A stretch of DNA of 60,000 nucleotides from Mobula hypostoma (taxonomy: Eukaryota): the NCBI RefSeq assembly GCF_963921235.1, contig NW_026948144.1, positions 1-60,000 of the forward strand. The letters run 5' to 3'. A model generated the notes under the pieces. That model did not search any database, had not been told where the DNA came from, and saw only the letters and a list, made by a program, of their open reading frames with translations. Of this stretch, positions 40,001 to 53,712 are shown piece by piece. How positions within the stretch are numbered: the stretch's first letter is position 1; every line of letters starts with the position of its first letter. The position numbers and the translations under genes were made by a program.

Positions 40001-43000
40001 TCAAAGCATTGTATGCACTGAGAAAACAACATTTTTTGTCTTACACTGCACAGGCATGAAACAGCTTTTAGACATCTCAGAATCATGTGGGAAGTTAACC
40101 TAAGGTGTTTCCAGTAGTTTGCAGTAAGTACTTTCCTGTAAAATTGAAATGGATACTACTTGTATTGTCAAAGCATTGTATGCACTGAGAAATCAACTTT
40201 TTTGTCTTACACTGCACAGGCATGAAACAGCTTTCAGACATCTCAGAATCATGTGGGAAGTTAACCTAAGGTGTTTCCATTAGCTTTGCAGTAAGTACTT
40301 TGCTGTGAAATTGAAATGTATACTACTTGTATTGTCAAAGCATTGTATGCACTGAGAAATCAACTTTTTTGTCTTACACTGCAGTGACATGAAACAACTT
40401 TCAGACATCTCAGAATCATATGGGAAGTTAACCTAAGGTGTTTCCATTAGGTTTGCTGTCAGTACTTTGGTGTAAAATTGAAATGTATACTACTGTATTG
40501 TCAAAGCATTGTATGCACTGAGAAAACAACTTTTTTGTCTTACACTGCACAGGCATGAAACAGCTTTCAGACATCTCAGAATCATGTGGGAAGTTAACCT
40601 AAGGTGTTTCCATTAGCTTTGCAGTAAGTACTTTGCTGTGAAATTGAAAGTATACTACTTGTATTGTCAAAGCATTGTATGCACTGAGAAATCAACTTTT
40701 TTGTCTTACACTGCAGTGACATGAAACAACTTTCAGACATCTCAGAATGATGTGGGAAGTTACCCTAAGGTGTTTACATTAGGTTTGCAGTCAGTACTTT
40801 GGTGTAAAATTGACATGTATACTACTTGTATTGTCAAAGCATTGTATGCACTGAGAAATCAACTTTTTTGTCTTACACTGCACAGACATGAAACAGCTTT
40901 CAGACATCTCAGAATCATGTGGGAAGTTAACCTAAGGTGTTTCCATTAGCTTTGCCGTAAGTAGTTTGCTGTGAAATTGAAGTGTATACTACTTATATTG
41001 TCAAAGCATTGTATGCACTGAGAAAACAACTTTTTTGTCTTACACTGCACAGGCATGAAACAGCTTTCGACATCTCAGAATCATGTGGGAAGTTAACCTA
41101 AGGTGTTTCCATTAGTTTGCAGTCAGTACTTTGGTGTAAAATTGAAATGTATACTACTTGTATTGTCAAAGCATTGTATGCACTGAGAAAACAACTTTTT
41201 TGTCTTACACTGCACAGGCATGAAACAGCTTTCAGACATCTCAGAATCATGTGGGAAGTTAACCTAAGGTGTTTCCATTAGCTTTGCAGTAAGTACTTTG
41301 CTGTGAAATTGAAAATGTATACTACTTGTATTGTCAAAGCATTGTATGCACTGAGAAATCAACTTTTTTGTCTTACACTGCAGTGACATGAAACAACTTT
41401 CAGACATCTCAGAATCATGTGGGAAGTTAACCTAAGGTGTTTCCATTAGATTTGCAGTCAGTACTTTGGTGTAAAATTGAAATGTATACTACTTGTATTG
41501 TCAAAGCATTGTATGCACTGAGAAAACAACTTTTTTGTCTTACACTGCACAGGCATGAAACAGCTTTCAGACATCTCAGAATCATGTGGGAAGTTAACCT
41601 AAGGTGTTTCCATTAGGTTTGCAGTCAGTACTTTGGTGTAAAATTGAAATGTATACTACTGGTATTGTCAAAGCATTGTATGCACTGAGAAAACAACTTT
41701 TTTGTCTTACACTGCACAGGCATGAAACAGCTTTCAGACATCTCAGAATCATGTGGGAAGTTAACCTAGGGTGTTTCCATTAGCTTTGCAGTAAGCACTT
41801 TGCTGTGAAATTGAAGTGTATACTACTTGTATTGTCAAAGCATTGTATGCACTGAGAAATCAACTTTTTTGTCTTACACTGCACAGGCATGAAACAGCTT
41901 TCAGACATCTCAGAATCATGTGGGAAGTTAACCTAAGGTGTTTCCATTAGCTTTGCAGTAAGTACTTTGCTGTGAAATTGAAATGTATACTACTTGTATT
42001 GTCAAAGCATTGTGTGCACTGAGAAATCAACTTTTTTCTCATAAACTGCAGTGACATTAAACAACTTTCAGACATCTCAGAATCATGTGGGAAGTTAACC
42101 TAAGGTGTTTCCATTAGGTTTGCAGTCAGTACTTTGGTGTAAAATTAAAATGTATACTACTTGTATTGTCAAAGCATTGTATGCACTGAGAAAACAACTT
42201 TTTTGTCTTACACTGCACAGGCATGAAACAGCTTTCAGACATCTCAGAATCATGTGGGAAGTTAACCTAAGGTGTTTACATTAGGTTTGCAGTCAGTACT
42301 TTGGTGTAAAATTGAAATGTATACTACTGGTATTGTCAAAGCATTGTATGCACTGAGAAAACAACTTTTTTGTCTTACACTGCACAGGCATGAAACAGCT
42401 TTCAGACATCTCAGAATCATGTGGGAAGTTAACCTAAGGTGTTTCCATTAGCTTTGCAGTAAGTACTTTGCTGTGAAATTGAAATGTATACTACTTGTAT
42501 TGTCAAAGCATTGTATGCACTGAGAAATCAACTTTTTTGTCTTACACTGCAGTGACATGAAACAACTTTCAGACATCTCAGAATCATGTGGGAAGTTAAC
42601 CTAAGGTGTTTCCATTAGGTTTGCAGTCAGTACTTTGGTGTAAAATTGAAATGTATACTACTGGTATTGTCAAAGCATTGTATGCACTGAGAAAACAACA
42701 TTTTTGTCTTACACTGCACAGCATGAAACAGCTTTCAGACACTTCAGAATCATGTGGGAAGTAAACCTAAGGTGTTTCCATTAGCTTTGCAGTCAGTACT
42801 TTGGTGTAAAATTGAAATGTATACTACTTGTATTGTCAAAGCGTTGTATGCACTGAGAAAACAACTTTTTTGTCTTACACTGCACAGGCATGAAACAGCT
42901 TTCAGACATCTCAGAATCATGTGGGAAGTTAACCTAAGGTGTTTCCATTAGCTTTGCAGTAAGTACTTTGCTGTGAAATTGAAATGTATACTACTTGTAT

Positions 43001-46000
43001 TGTCAAAGCATTGTATGCACTGAGAAATCAACTTTTTTGTCTTACACTGCACAGGCATGAAACAGCTTTCAGACATCTCAGAATCATGTGGGAAGTTAAT
43101 CTAAGGTGTTTACATTAGCTTTGCAGTACGTACTTTGCTGTGAAATTGAAATGTATACTACTTGTATTGTCAAAGCATTGTATGCACTGAGAAATCAACT
43201 TTTTTGTCTTACACTGCACAGGCATGAAACAGCTTTCAGACATCTCAGAATCATGTGGGAAGTTAACCTAAGGTGTTTACATTAGGTTTGCAGTCAGTAC
43301 TTTGGTGTAAAATTGAAATGTATACTACTGGTATTGTCAAAGCATTGTATGCACTGAGAAAACAACTTTTTTGTCTTACACTGCAGAGGCATGAATCAGC
43401 TTTCAGACACTTCAGAATCATGTGGGAAGTAAACCTAAGGTGTTTCCATTAGCTTTGCAGTAAGTACTTTGCTGTGAAATTGAAATGTATACTACTTGTA
43501 TTGTCAAAGCATTGTATGCACTGAGAAATCAACTTTTTTGTCTTACACTGCACAGGCATGAAACAGCTTTCAGACATCTCAGAATCATGTGGGAAGTTAA
43601 CCTAAGGTGTTTCCATTAGCTTTGCAGTAAGTACTTTGCTGTGAAATTGAAATGTATACTACTTGTATTGTCAAAGCATTGTATGCACTGAGAAATCAAC
43701 TTTTTTGTCTTACACTGCACAGGCATGAAACAGCTTTCAGACATCTCAGAATCATGTGGGAAGTTAACCTAAGGTGTTTCCATTAGCTTTGCAGTAAGTA
43801 CTTTGCTGTGAAATTGAAATGTATACTACTTGTATTGTCAAAGCATTGTATGCACTGAGAAATCAACTTTTTTGTCTTACACTGCAGTGACATGAAACAA
43901 CTTTCAGACATCTCAGAATCATGTGGGAAGTTAACCTAAGGTGTTTACATTAGGTTTGCAGTCAGTACTTTGGTGTAAAATTGAAATGTATACTACTGGT
44001 ATTGTCAAAGCATTGTATGCACTGAGAAAACAACTTTTTTGTCTTACACTGCACAGGCATGAAACAGCTTTCAGACATCTCAGAATCATGTGGGAAGTTA
44101 ACCTAAGGTGTTTCCATTAGCTTTGCAGTAAGTACTTTGCTGTGAAATTGAAAAGTATACTACTTGTATTGTCAAAGCATTGTATGCACTGAGAAATCAA
44201 CTTTTTTGTCTTACACTGCACAGGCATGAAACAGCTTTCAGACATCTCAGAATCATGTGGGAAGTTAACCTAAGGTGTTTCCATTAGCTTTGCAGTAAGT
44301 ACTTTGGTGTAAAATTGAAATGTATACTACTTGTATTGTCAAAGCGTTGTATGAACTGAGAAATCAACTTTTTTGTCTTACACTGCACAGGCATGAAACA
44401 GCTTTCAGACATCTCAGAATCATGTGGGAAGTTAACCTAAGGTGTTTCCATTAGCTTTGCAGTCAGTACTTTGGTGTAAAATTGAAATGTATACTACTTG
44501 TATTGTCAAAGCGTTGTATGCACTGAGAAAACAACTTTTTTGTCTTACACTGCACAGGCATGAAACAGCTTTCGACATCTCAGAATCATGTGGGAAGTTA
44601 ACCTAAGGTGTTTCCATTAGCTTTGCAGTAAGTACTTTGCTGTAAATTGAAATGTATACTACTTGTATTGTCAAAGCATTGTATGCACTGAGAAATCAAC
44701 TTTTTTGTCTTACACTGCACAGGCATGAAACAGCTTTCAGACATCTCAGAATCATGTGGGAAGTTAACCTAAGGTGTTTCCATTAGCTTTGCAGTAAGTA
44801 CTTTGCTGTGAAATTGAAATGTATACTACTTGTATTGTCAAAGCATTGTATGCACTGAGAAATCAACTTTTTTGTCTTACACTGCAGTGACATGAAACAA
44901 CTTTCAAACATCTCAGAATCATGTGGGAAGTTAACCTAAGGTGTTTCCATTAGGTTTGCAGTCAGTACTTTGGTGTAAAATTGAAATGTATACTACTGGT
45001 ATTGTCAAAGCATTGTATGCACTGAGAAAACAACTTTTTTGTCTTACACTGCACAGGCATGAAACAGCTTTCAGACACTTCAGAATCATGTGGGAAGTAA
45101 ACCTAAGGTGTTTCCATTAGCTTTGCAGTCAGTACTTTGGTGTAAAATTGAAATGTATACTACTGGTATTGTCAAAGCATTGTATGCACTGAGAAAACAA
45201 CTTTTTTGTCTTACACTGCACAGGCATGAAACAGCTTTCAGACATCTCAGAATCATGTGGGAAGTTAACCTAAGGTGTTTCCATTAGCTTTGCAGTAAGT
45301 ACTTTGCTGTGAAATTGAAATGTATACTACTTGTATTGTTAAAGCATTGTGTGCACTGACAAATCAACTTATTTGTCTTGCACTGCAGTGGCATGAAACA
45401 GCTTTCAGACATCTCAGAATCATGTGGGAAGTTAACCTAAGGTGTTTCCATTAGTTTTGCAGTAAGTACTTTGGTGTAAAATTGAAATGTATACTACTTG
45501 TATTGTCAAAGCATTGTATGCACTGAGAAATCAACTTTTTTGTCTTACACTGCAGTGACATGAAACAACTTTCAGACATCTCAGAATCATGTGGGAAGTT
45601 AACCGAAAGTGTTTCCATTAGATTTGCAGTCAGTACTTTGGTGTAAAATTGAAATGTATACTACTGGTATTGTCAAAGCATTGTATGTACTGAGAGAACA
45701 ACTTTTTTGTCTTACACTGCACAGGCATGAAACAGCTTTCAGACATCTCAGAATCATGTGGGAAGTTAACCTAAGGTGTTTCCATTAGCTTTGCAGTAAG
45801 TACTTTGCTGTGAAATTGAAATTTATACTACTTGTATTGTCAAAGCATTGTATGCACTGAGAAATCAACTTTTTTGTCTTACACTGCAGTGACATGAAAC
45901 AACTTTCAAACATCTCAGAATCATGTGGGAAGTTAACCTAAGGTGTTTACATTAGGTTTGCAGTCAGTACTTTGGTGTAAAATTGAAATGTATACTACTG

Positions 46001-49000
46001 GTATTGTCAAAGCATTGTATGTACTGAGAGAACAACTTTTTTGTCTTACACTGCACAGGCATGAAACAGCTTTCAGACATCTCAGAATCATGTGGGAAGT
46101 TAACCTAAGGTGTTTCCATTAGCTTTGCAGTAAGTACTTTGCTGTGAAATTGAAATGTATACTACTTGTATTGTCAAAGCATTGTATGCACTGAGAAATC
46201 AACTTTTTTGTCTTACACTGCACAGGCATGAAACAGCTTTCAGACATCTCAGAATCATGTGGGAAGTTAACCTAAGGTGTTTACATTAGGTTTGCAGTCA
46301 GTACTTTGGTGTAAAATTGAAATGTATACTACTTGTATTGTCAAAGCATTGTATGCACTGAGAAATCAACTTTTTTGTCTTACACTGCACAGGCATGAAA
46401 CAGCTTTCAGACATCTCAGAATCATGTGGGAAGTTAACCTAAGGTGTTTCCATTAGCTTTGCAGTAAGCACTTTGCTGTGAAATTGAAATGTATACTACT
46501 TGTATTGTCAAAGCATTGTATGCACTGAGAAATCAACTTTTTTGTCTTACACTGCAGTGACATGAAACAACTTTCAGACATCTCAGAATCATGTGGGAAG
46601 TTAACCTAAGGTGTTTACATTAGGTTTGCAGTCAGTACTTTGGTGTAAAATTGAAATGTATACTACTTGTATTGTCAAAGCATTGTATGCACTGAGAAAA
46701 CAACTTTTTTGTCTTACACTGCACAGGCATGAAACAGCTTTCAGACATCTCAGAATCATGTGGGAAGTTAACCTAAGGTGTTTCCATTAGCTTTGCAGTA
46801 AGTACTTTGCTGTGAAATTGAAATGTATACTACTTGTATTGTCAAAGCATTGTATGCACTGAGAAATCAACTTTTTTGTCTTACACTGCACAGGCATGAA
46901 ACAGCTTTCAGACATCTCAGAATCATGTGGGAAGTTAACCTAAGGTGTTTCCATTAGCTTTGCAGTAAGTACTTTGCTGTGAAATTGAAATGTATACTAC
47001 TTGTATTGTCAAAGCATTGTATGCACTGAGAAATCAACTTTTTTGTCTTACACTGCAGTGACATGAAACAACTTTCAGACATCTCAGAATCATGTGGGAA
47101 GTTAACCGAAGGTGTTTCCATTAGATTTGCAGTCAGTACTTTGTTGTAAAATTGAAATGTATACTACTGGTATTGTCAAAGCATTGTATGCACTGAGAAA
47201 ACAACTTTTTTGTCTTACACTGCACAGGCATGAAACAGCTTTCAGACACTTCAGAATCATGTGGGAAGTAAACCTAAGGTGTTTCCATTAGCTTTGCAGT
47301 CAGTACTTTGGTGTAAAATTGAAATGTATACTACTTGTATTGTCAAAGCATTGTATGTACTGAGAGAACAACTTTTTTGTCTTACACTGCACAGGCATGA
47401 AACAGCTTTCAGACATCTCAGAATCATGTGGGAAGTAAACCTAAGGTGTTTCCATTAGCTTTGCAGTAAGTACTTTGCTGTGAAATTGAAATTTATACTA
47501 CTTGTATTGTCAAAGCATTGTATGCACTGAGAAATCAACTTTTTTGTCTAACACTGCAGTGACATGAAACAACTTTCAAACATCTCAGAATCATGTGGGA
47601 AGTTAACCTAAGGTGTTTACATTAGGTTTGCAGTCAGTACTTTGGTGTAAAATTGAAATGTATACTACTTGTATTGTCAAAGCATTGTATGCACTGAGAA
47701 ATCAACTTTTTTGTCTTACACTGCACAGGCATGAAACAGCTTTCAGACATCTCAGAATCATGTGGGAAGTTAACCTATGGTGTTTCCATTAGCTTTGCAG
47801 TAAGTACTTTGTTGTAAAATTGAAATGTATACTACTTGTATTGTCAAAGCATTGTATGCACTGAGAAATCAACTTTTTTGTCTTACACTGCACAGGCATG
47901 AAACAGCTTTCAGACATCTCAGAATCATGTGGGAAGTTAACCTAAGGTGTTTCCATTAGCTTTGCAGTAAGTACTTTGGTGTAAAATTGAAATGTATACT
48001 ACTTGTATTGTCAAAGCATTGTATGCACTGAGAAATCAACTTTTTTGTCTTACACTGCACAGGCATGAAACAGCTTTCAGACATCTCAGAATCATGTGGG
48101 AAGTTAACCTAAGGTGTTTCTATTAGCTTTGTAGTAAGTACTTTGCTGTGAAATTGAAATGTATACTACTTGTATTGTCAAAGCATTGTATGCACTGAGA
48201 AAACAACTTTTTTGTCTTACACTGCACAGGCATGAAACAGCTTTCAACATCTCAGAATCATGTGGGAAGTTAACCTAAGGTGTTTCCATTAGTTTGCAGT
48301 AGTACTTTGTGTAAATTGAAATGTATACTACTTGTATTGTCAAAGCATTGTATGCACTGAGAAACAACTTTTTTGTCTTACACTGCCAGGCATGAAACAG
48401 CTTTCAGACATCTCAGAATCATGTGGGAAGTTAACCTAAGGTGTTTCCATTAGCTTTGCAGTAAGTACTTTGCTGTAAAATTGAAATGTATACTACTTGT
48501 ATTGTCAAAGCATTGTATGCACTGAGAAAACAACTTTTTTGTCTTACACTGCACAGGCATGAAACAGCTTTCAGACATCTCAGAATCATGTGGGAAGTTA
48601 ACCTAAGGTGTTTCCATTAGCTTTGCAGTAAGTACTTTGCTGTGAAATTGAATGTATACTACTTGTATTGTCAAAGCATTGTATGCACTGAGAAATCAAC
48701 TTTTTTGTCTTACACTGCAGTGGCATGAAACAGCTTTCAGACATCTCAGAATCATGTGGGAAGTTAACCTAAGGTGTTTCCATTAGTTTGCAGTCAGTAC
48801 TTTGGTGTAAAATTGAAATGTATACTACTTGTATTGTCAAAGCATTGTATGCACTGAGAAAACAACTTTTTTGTCTTACACTGCACAGGCATGAAACAGC
48901 TTTCAGACATCTCAGAATCATGTGGGAAGTTAACCTAAGGTGTTTCCATTAGCTTTGCAGTAAGTACTTTGCTGTGAAATTGAAATGTATACTACTTGTA

Positions 49001-51224
49001 TTGTCAAAGCATTGTATGCACTGAGAAATCAACTTTTTTGTCTTACACTGCACAGGCATGAAACAGCTTTCAGACATCTCAGAATCATGTGGGAAGTTAA
49101 CCTAAGGTGTTTACATTAGGTTTGCAGTCAGTACTTTGGTGTAAAATTGAAATGTATACTACTGGTATTGTCAAAGCATTGTATGCACTGAGAAAACAAC
49201 CTTTTTGTCTTACACTGCACAGGCATGAAACAGCTTTCAGACATCTTAGAATCAGGTGGGAAGTTAACTAAAGGTGTTTCCATTAGCTTTGCAGTAAGTA
49301 CTTTGCTGTCAAATTGAAATTTATACTACTTGTATTGTCAAAGCATTGTATGCACTGAGAAATCAACTTTTTTGTCTTACACTGCAGTGACATGAAACAA
49401 CTTTCAGACATCTCAGAATCATGTGGGAAGTTAACCTAAGGTGTTTACATTAGGTTTGCAGTCAGTACTTTGGTGTAAAATTGAAATGTATACTACTTGT
49501 ATTGTCAAAGCATTGTATGTACTGAGAAAACAACTTTTTTGTCTTACACTGCACAGGCATGAAACAGCTTTCAGACATCTCAGAATCATGTGGGAAGTTA
49601 ACCTAAGGTGTTTCCATTAGCTTTGCAGTAAGTACTTTGCTGTGAAATTGAAATGTATACTACTTGTATTGTCAAAGCATTGTATGCACTGAGAAATCAA
49701 CTTTTTTGTCTTACACTGCACAGGCATGAAACAGCTTTAGACATCTCAGCATCATGTGGGAAGTTAACCTAAGGTGTGTCCATTAGCTTTGCAGTAAGTA
49801 CTTGGGTGTAAAATTGAAATGTATACTACTTGTATTGTCAAAGCATTGTATGCACTGAGAAATCAACTTTTTTGTCTTACACTGCACAGGCATGAAACAG
49901 CTTTCAGACATCTCAGAATCATGTGGGAAGTTAACCTAAGGTGTTTCCATTAGCTTTGCAGTAAGTACTTTGCTGTAAAATTGAAATGTATACTACTTGT
50001 ATTGTCAAAGCATTGTATGCACTGAGAAATCAACTTTTTTGTCTTACACTGCACAGGCATGAAACAGCTTTCAGACATCTCAGAATCATGTGGGAAGTTA
50101 ACCTAAGGTGTTTCCATTAGCTTTGCAGTAAGTACTTTGCTGTAAAATTGAAATGTATACTACTTGTATTGTCAAAGCATTGTATGCACTGAGAAATCAA
50201 CTTTTTTGTCTTACACTGCACAGGCATGAAACAGCTTTCAAGACATCTCAGAATCATGTGGGAAGTTAACCTAAGGTGTTTCCATTAGCTTTGCAGTAAG
50301 TACTTTGCTGTAAAATTGAAATGTATACTACTTGTATTGTCAAAGCATTGTATGCACTGAGAAATCAACTTTTTTGTCTTACACTGCACAGGCATGAAAC
50401 AGCTTTCAGACATCTCAGAATCATGTGGGAAGTTAACCTAAGGTGTTTCCATTAGTTTGCAGTCAGTACTTTGGTGTAAAATTGAAATGTATACTACTTG
50501 TATTGTCAAAGCATTGTATGCACTGAGAAACAACTTTTTTGTCTTACACTGCACAGGCATGAAACAGCTTTCAGACATCTCAGAATCATGTGGGAAGTTA
50601 ACCTAAGGTGTTTCCATTAGCTTTGCAGTAAGTACTTTGCTGTGAAATTGAAATGTATACTACTTGTATTGTCAAAGCATTGTATGCACTGAGAAAACAA
50701 CTTTTTTGTCTTACACTGCACAGGCATGAAACAGCTTTCAGACATCTCAGAATCATGTGGGAAGTTAACCTAAGGTGTTTCCATTAGCTTTGCAGTAAGT
50801 ACTTTGCTGTAAAATTGAAATGTATACTACTTGTATTGTCAAAGCATTGTATGCACTGAGAAAACAACTTTTTTGTCTTACACTGCACAGGCATGAAACA
50901 GCTTTCAGACATCTCAGAATCATGTGGGAAGTTAACCTAAGGTGTTTCCATTAGCTTTGCAGTAAGTACTTTGCTGTAAAATTGAAATGTATACTACTTG
51001 TATTGTCAAAGCATTGTATGCACTGAGAAACAACTTTTTTGTCTTACACTGCACAGGCATGAAACAACTTTCAGACATCTCAGAATCATGTGGGAAGTTA
51101 ACCTAAGGTGTTTACATTAGGTTTGCAGTCAGTACTTTGGTGTAAAATTGAAATGTATACTACTGGTATTGTCAAAGCATTGTATGCACTGAGAAAACAA
51201 CTTTTTTGTCTTACACTGCAGGCA

Positions 51225-51243
51225 TGAACAGCTTGAAACAGCT
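51225..51243 (+). repeat. Short internal duplication of about 9-10 bp (tgaacagct-tgaaacagct)
   Basis: The sequence reads ggcatgaacagcttgaaacagctttc where the consensus has ggcatgaaacagctttc. Confidence 0.8.
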
Positions 51244-53699
51244 TTCAGACATCTCAGAATCATGTGGGAAGTTAACCTAAGGTGTTTCCATTAGCTTTGC
51301 AGTAAGTACTTTGCTGTGAAATTGAAATGTATACTACTTGTATTGTCAAAGCATTGTATGCACTGAGAAATCAACTTTTTTGTCTTACACTGCAGTGACA
51401 TGAAACAACTTTCAGACATCTCAGAATCATGTGGGAAGTTAACCTAAGGTGTTTACATTAGGTTTGCAGTCAGTACTTTGGTGTAAAATTGAAATGTATA
51501 CTACTTGTATTGTCAAAGCATTGTATGCACTGAGAAAACAACTTTTTTGTCTTACACTGCACAGGCATGAAACAGCTTTCAGACATCTCAGAATCATGTG
51601 GGAAGTTAACCTAAGGTGTTTCCATTAGCTTTGCAGTAAGTACTTTGCTGTGAAATTGAAATGTATACTACTTGTATTGTCAAAGCATTGTATGCACTGA
51701 GAAATCAACTTTTTTGTCTTACACTGCACAGGCATGAAACAGCTTTCAGACATCTCAGAATCATGTGGGAAGTTAACCTAAGGTGTGTCCATTAGGTTTG
51801 CTGCAAGTACTTTGGTGTAAAATTGAAATGTATACTACTTGTATTGTCAAAGCATTGTATGCACTGAGAAATCAACTTTTTTGTCTTACACTGCACAGGC
51901 ATGAAACAGCTTTCAGACATCTCAGAATCATGTGGGAAGTTAACCTAAGGTGTTTCCATTAGCTTTGCAGTAAGTACTTTGGTGTAAAATTGAAATGTAT
52001 ACTACTTGTATTGTCAAAGCATTGTATGCACTGAGAAATCAACTTTTTTGTCTTACACTGCACAGGCATGAAACAGCTTTCAGACATCTCAGAATCATGT
52101 GGGAAGTTAACCTAAGGTGTTTCCATTAGCTTTGCAGTAAGTACTTTGCTGTGAAATTGAAATGTATACTACTTGTATTGTCAAAGCATTGTATGCACTG
52201 AGAAATCAACTTTTTTGTCTTACACTGCAGTGACATGAAACAACTTTCAGACATCTCAGAATCATGTGGGAAGTTAACCGAAAGTGTTTCCATTAGATTT
52301 GCAGTCAGTACTTTGGTGTAAAATTGAAATGTATACTACTGGTATTGTCAAAGCATTGTATGCACTGAGAAATCAACTTTTTTGTCTTACACTGCACAGG
52401 CATGAAACAGCTTTCAGACATCTCAGAATCATGTGGGAAGTTAACCTAAGGTGTTTCCATTAGCTTTGCAGTAAGTACTTTGGTGTAAAATTGAAATGTA
52501 TACTACTTGTATTGTCAAAGCATTGTATGCACTGAGAAATCAACTTTTTTGTCTTACACTGCACAGGCATGAAACAGCTTTCAGACATCTCAGAATCATG
52601 TGGGAAGTTAACCTAAGGTGTTTACATTAGGTTTGCAGTCAGTACTTTGGTGTAAAATTGAAATGTATACTACTTGTATTGTCAAAGCATTGTATGCACT
52701 GAGAGAACAACTTTTTTGTCTTACACTGCACAGGCATGAAACAGCTTTCAGACATCTCAGAATCATGTGGGAAGTTAACCTAAGGTGTTTCCATTAGCTT
52801 TGCAGTAAGTACTTTGCTGTGAAATTGAAATGTATACTACTTGTATTGTCAAAGCATTGTATGCACTGAGAAATCAACTTTTTTGTCTTACACTGCAGTG
52901 ACATGAAACAACTTTCAGACATCTCAGAATCATGTGGGAAGTTAACCTAAGGTGTTTACATTAGGTTTGCAGTCAGTACTTTGGTGTAAAATTGAAATGT
53001 ATACTACTTGTATTGTCAAAGCATTGTATGCACTGAGAAAACAACTTTTTTGTCTTACACTGCACAGGCATGAAACAGCTTTCAGACATCTCAGAATCAT
53101 GTGGGAAGTTAACCTAAGGTGTTTCCATTAGCTTTGCAGTAAGTACTTTGCTGTGAAATTGAAATGTATACTACTTGTATTGTCAAAGCATTGTATGCAC
53201 TGAGAAATCAACTTTTTTGTCTTACACTGCACAGGCATGAAACAGCTTTCAGACATCTCAGAATCATGTGGGAAGTTAACCTAAGGTGTTTCCATTAGTT
53301 TGCAGTAGTACTTTGGTGTAAAATTGAAATGTATACTACTTGTATTGTCAAAGCATTGTATGCACTGAGAAATCAACTTTTTTGTCTTACACTGCACAGG
53401 CATGAAACAGATTTCAGACATCTCAGAATCATGTGGGAAGTTAACCTAAGGTGTTACCATTTGTTTTGCCGTAAGCACTTTGGTGTAAAATTCAAATGTA
53501 TACTACTTGTATTGTCAAAGCATTGTATGCACTGAGAAATCAACTTTTTTGTCTTACACTGCACAGGCATGAAACAGCTTTCAGACATCTCAGAATCATG
53601 TGGGAAGTTAACCTAAGGTGTTTCCATTAGCTTTGCAGTAAGTACTTTGCTGTGAAATTGAAATGTATACTACTTGTATTGTCAAAGCATTGTATGCAC

Positions 53700-53712
53700 G
53701 CATGCATGCATG
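53700..53712. repeat. 11-bp insertion forming a short (GCAT)n/(CATG)3 tract
   Basis: The sequence reads tgtatgcac-gcatgcatgca-tgagaaatc where the consensus has tgtatgcactgagaaatc. Confidence 0.85.
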
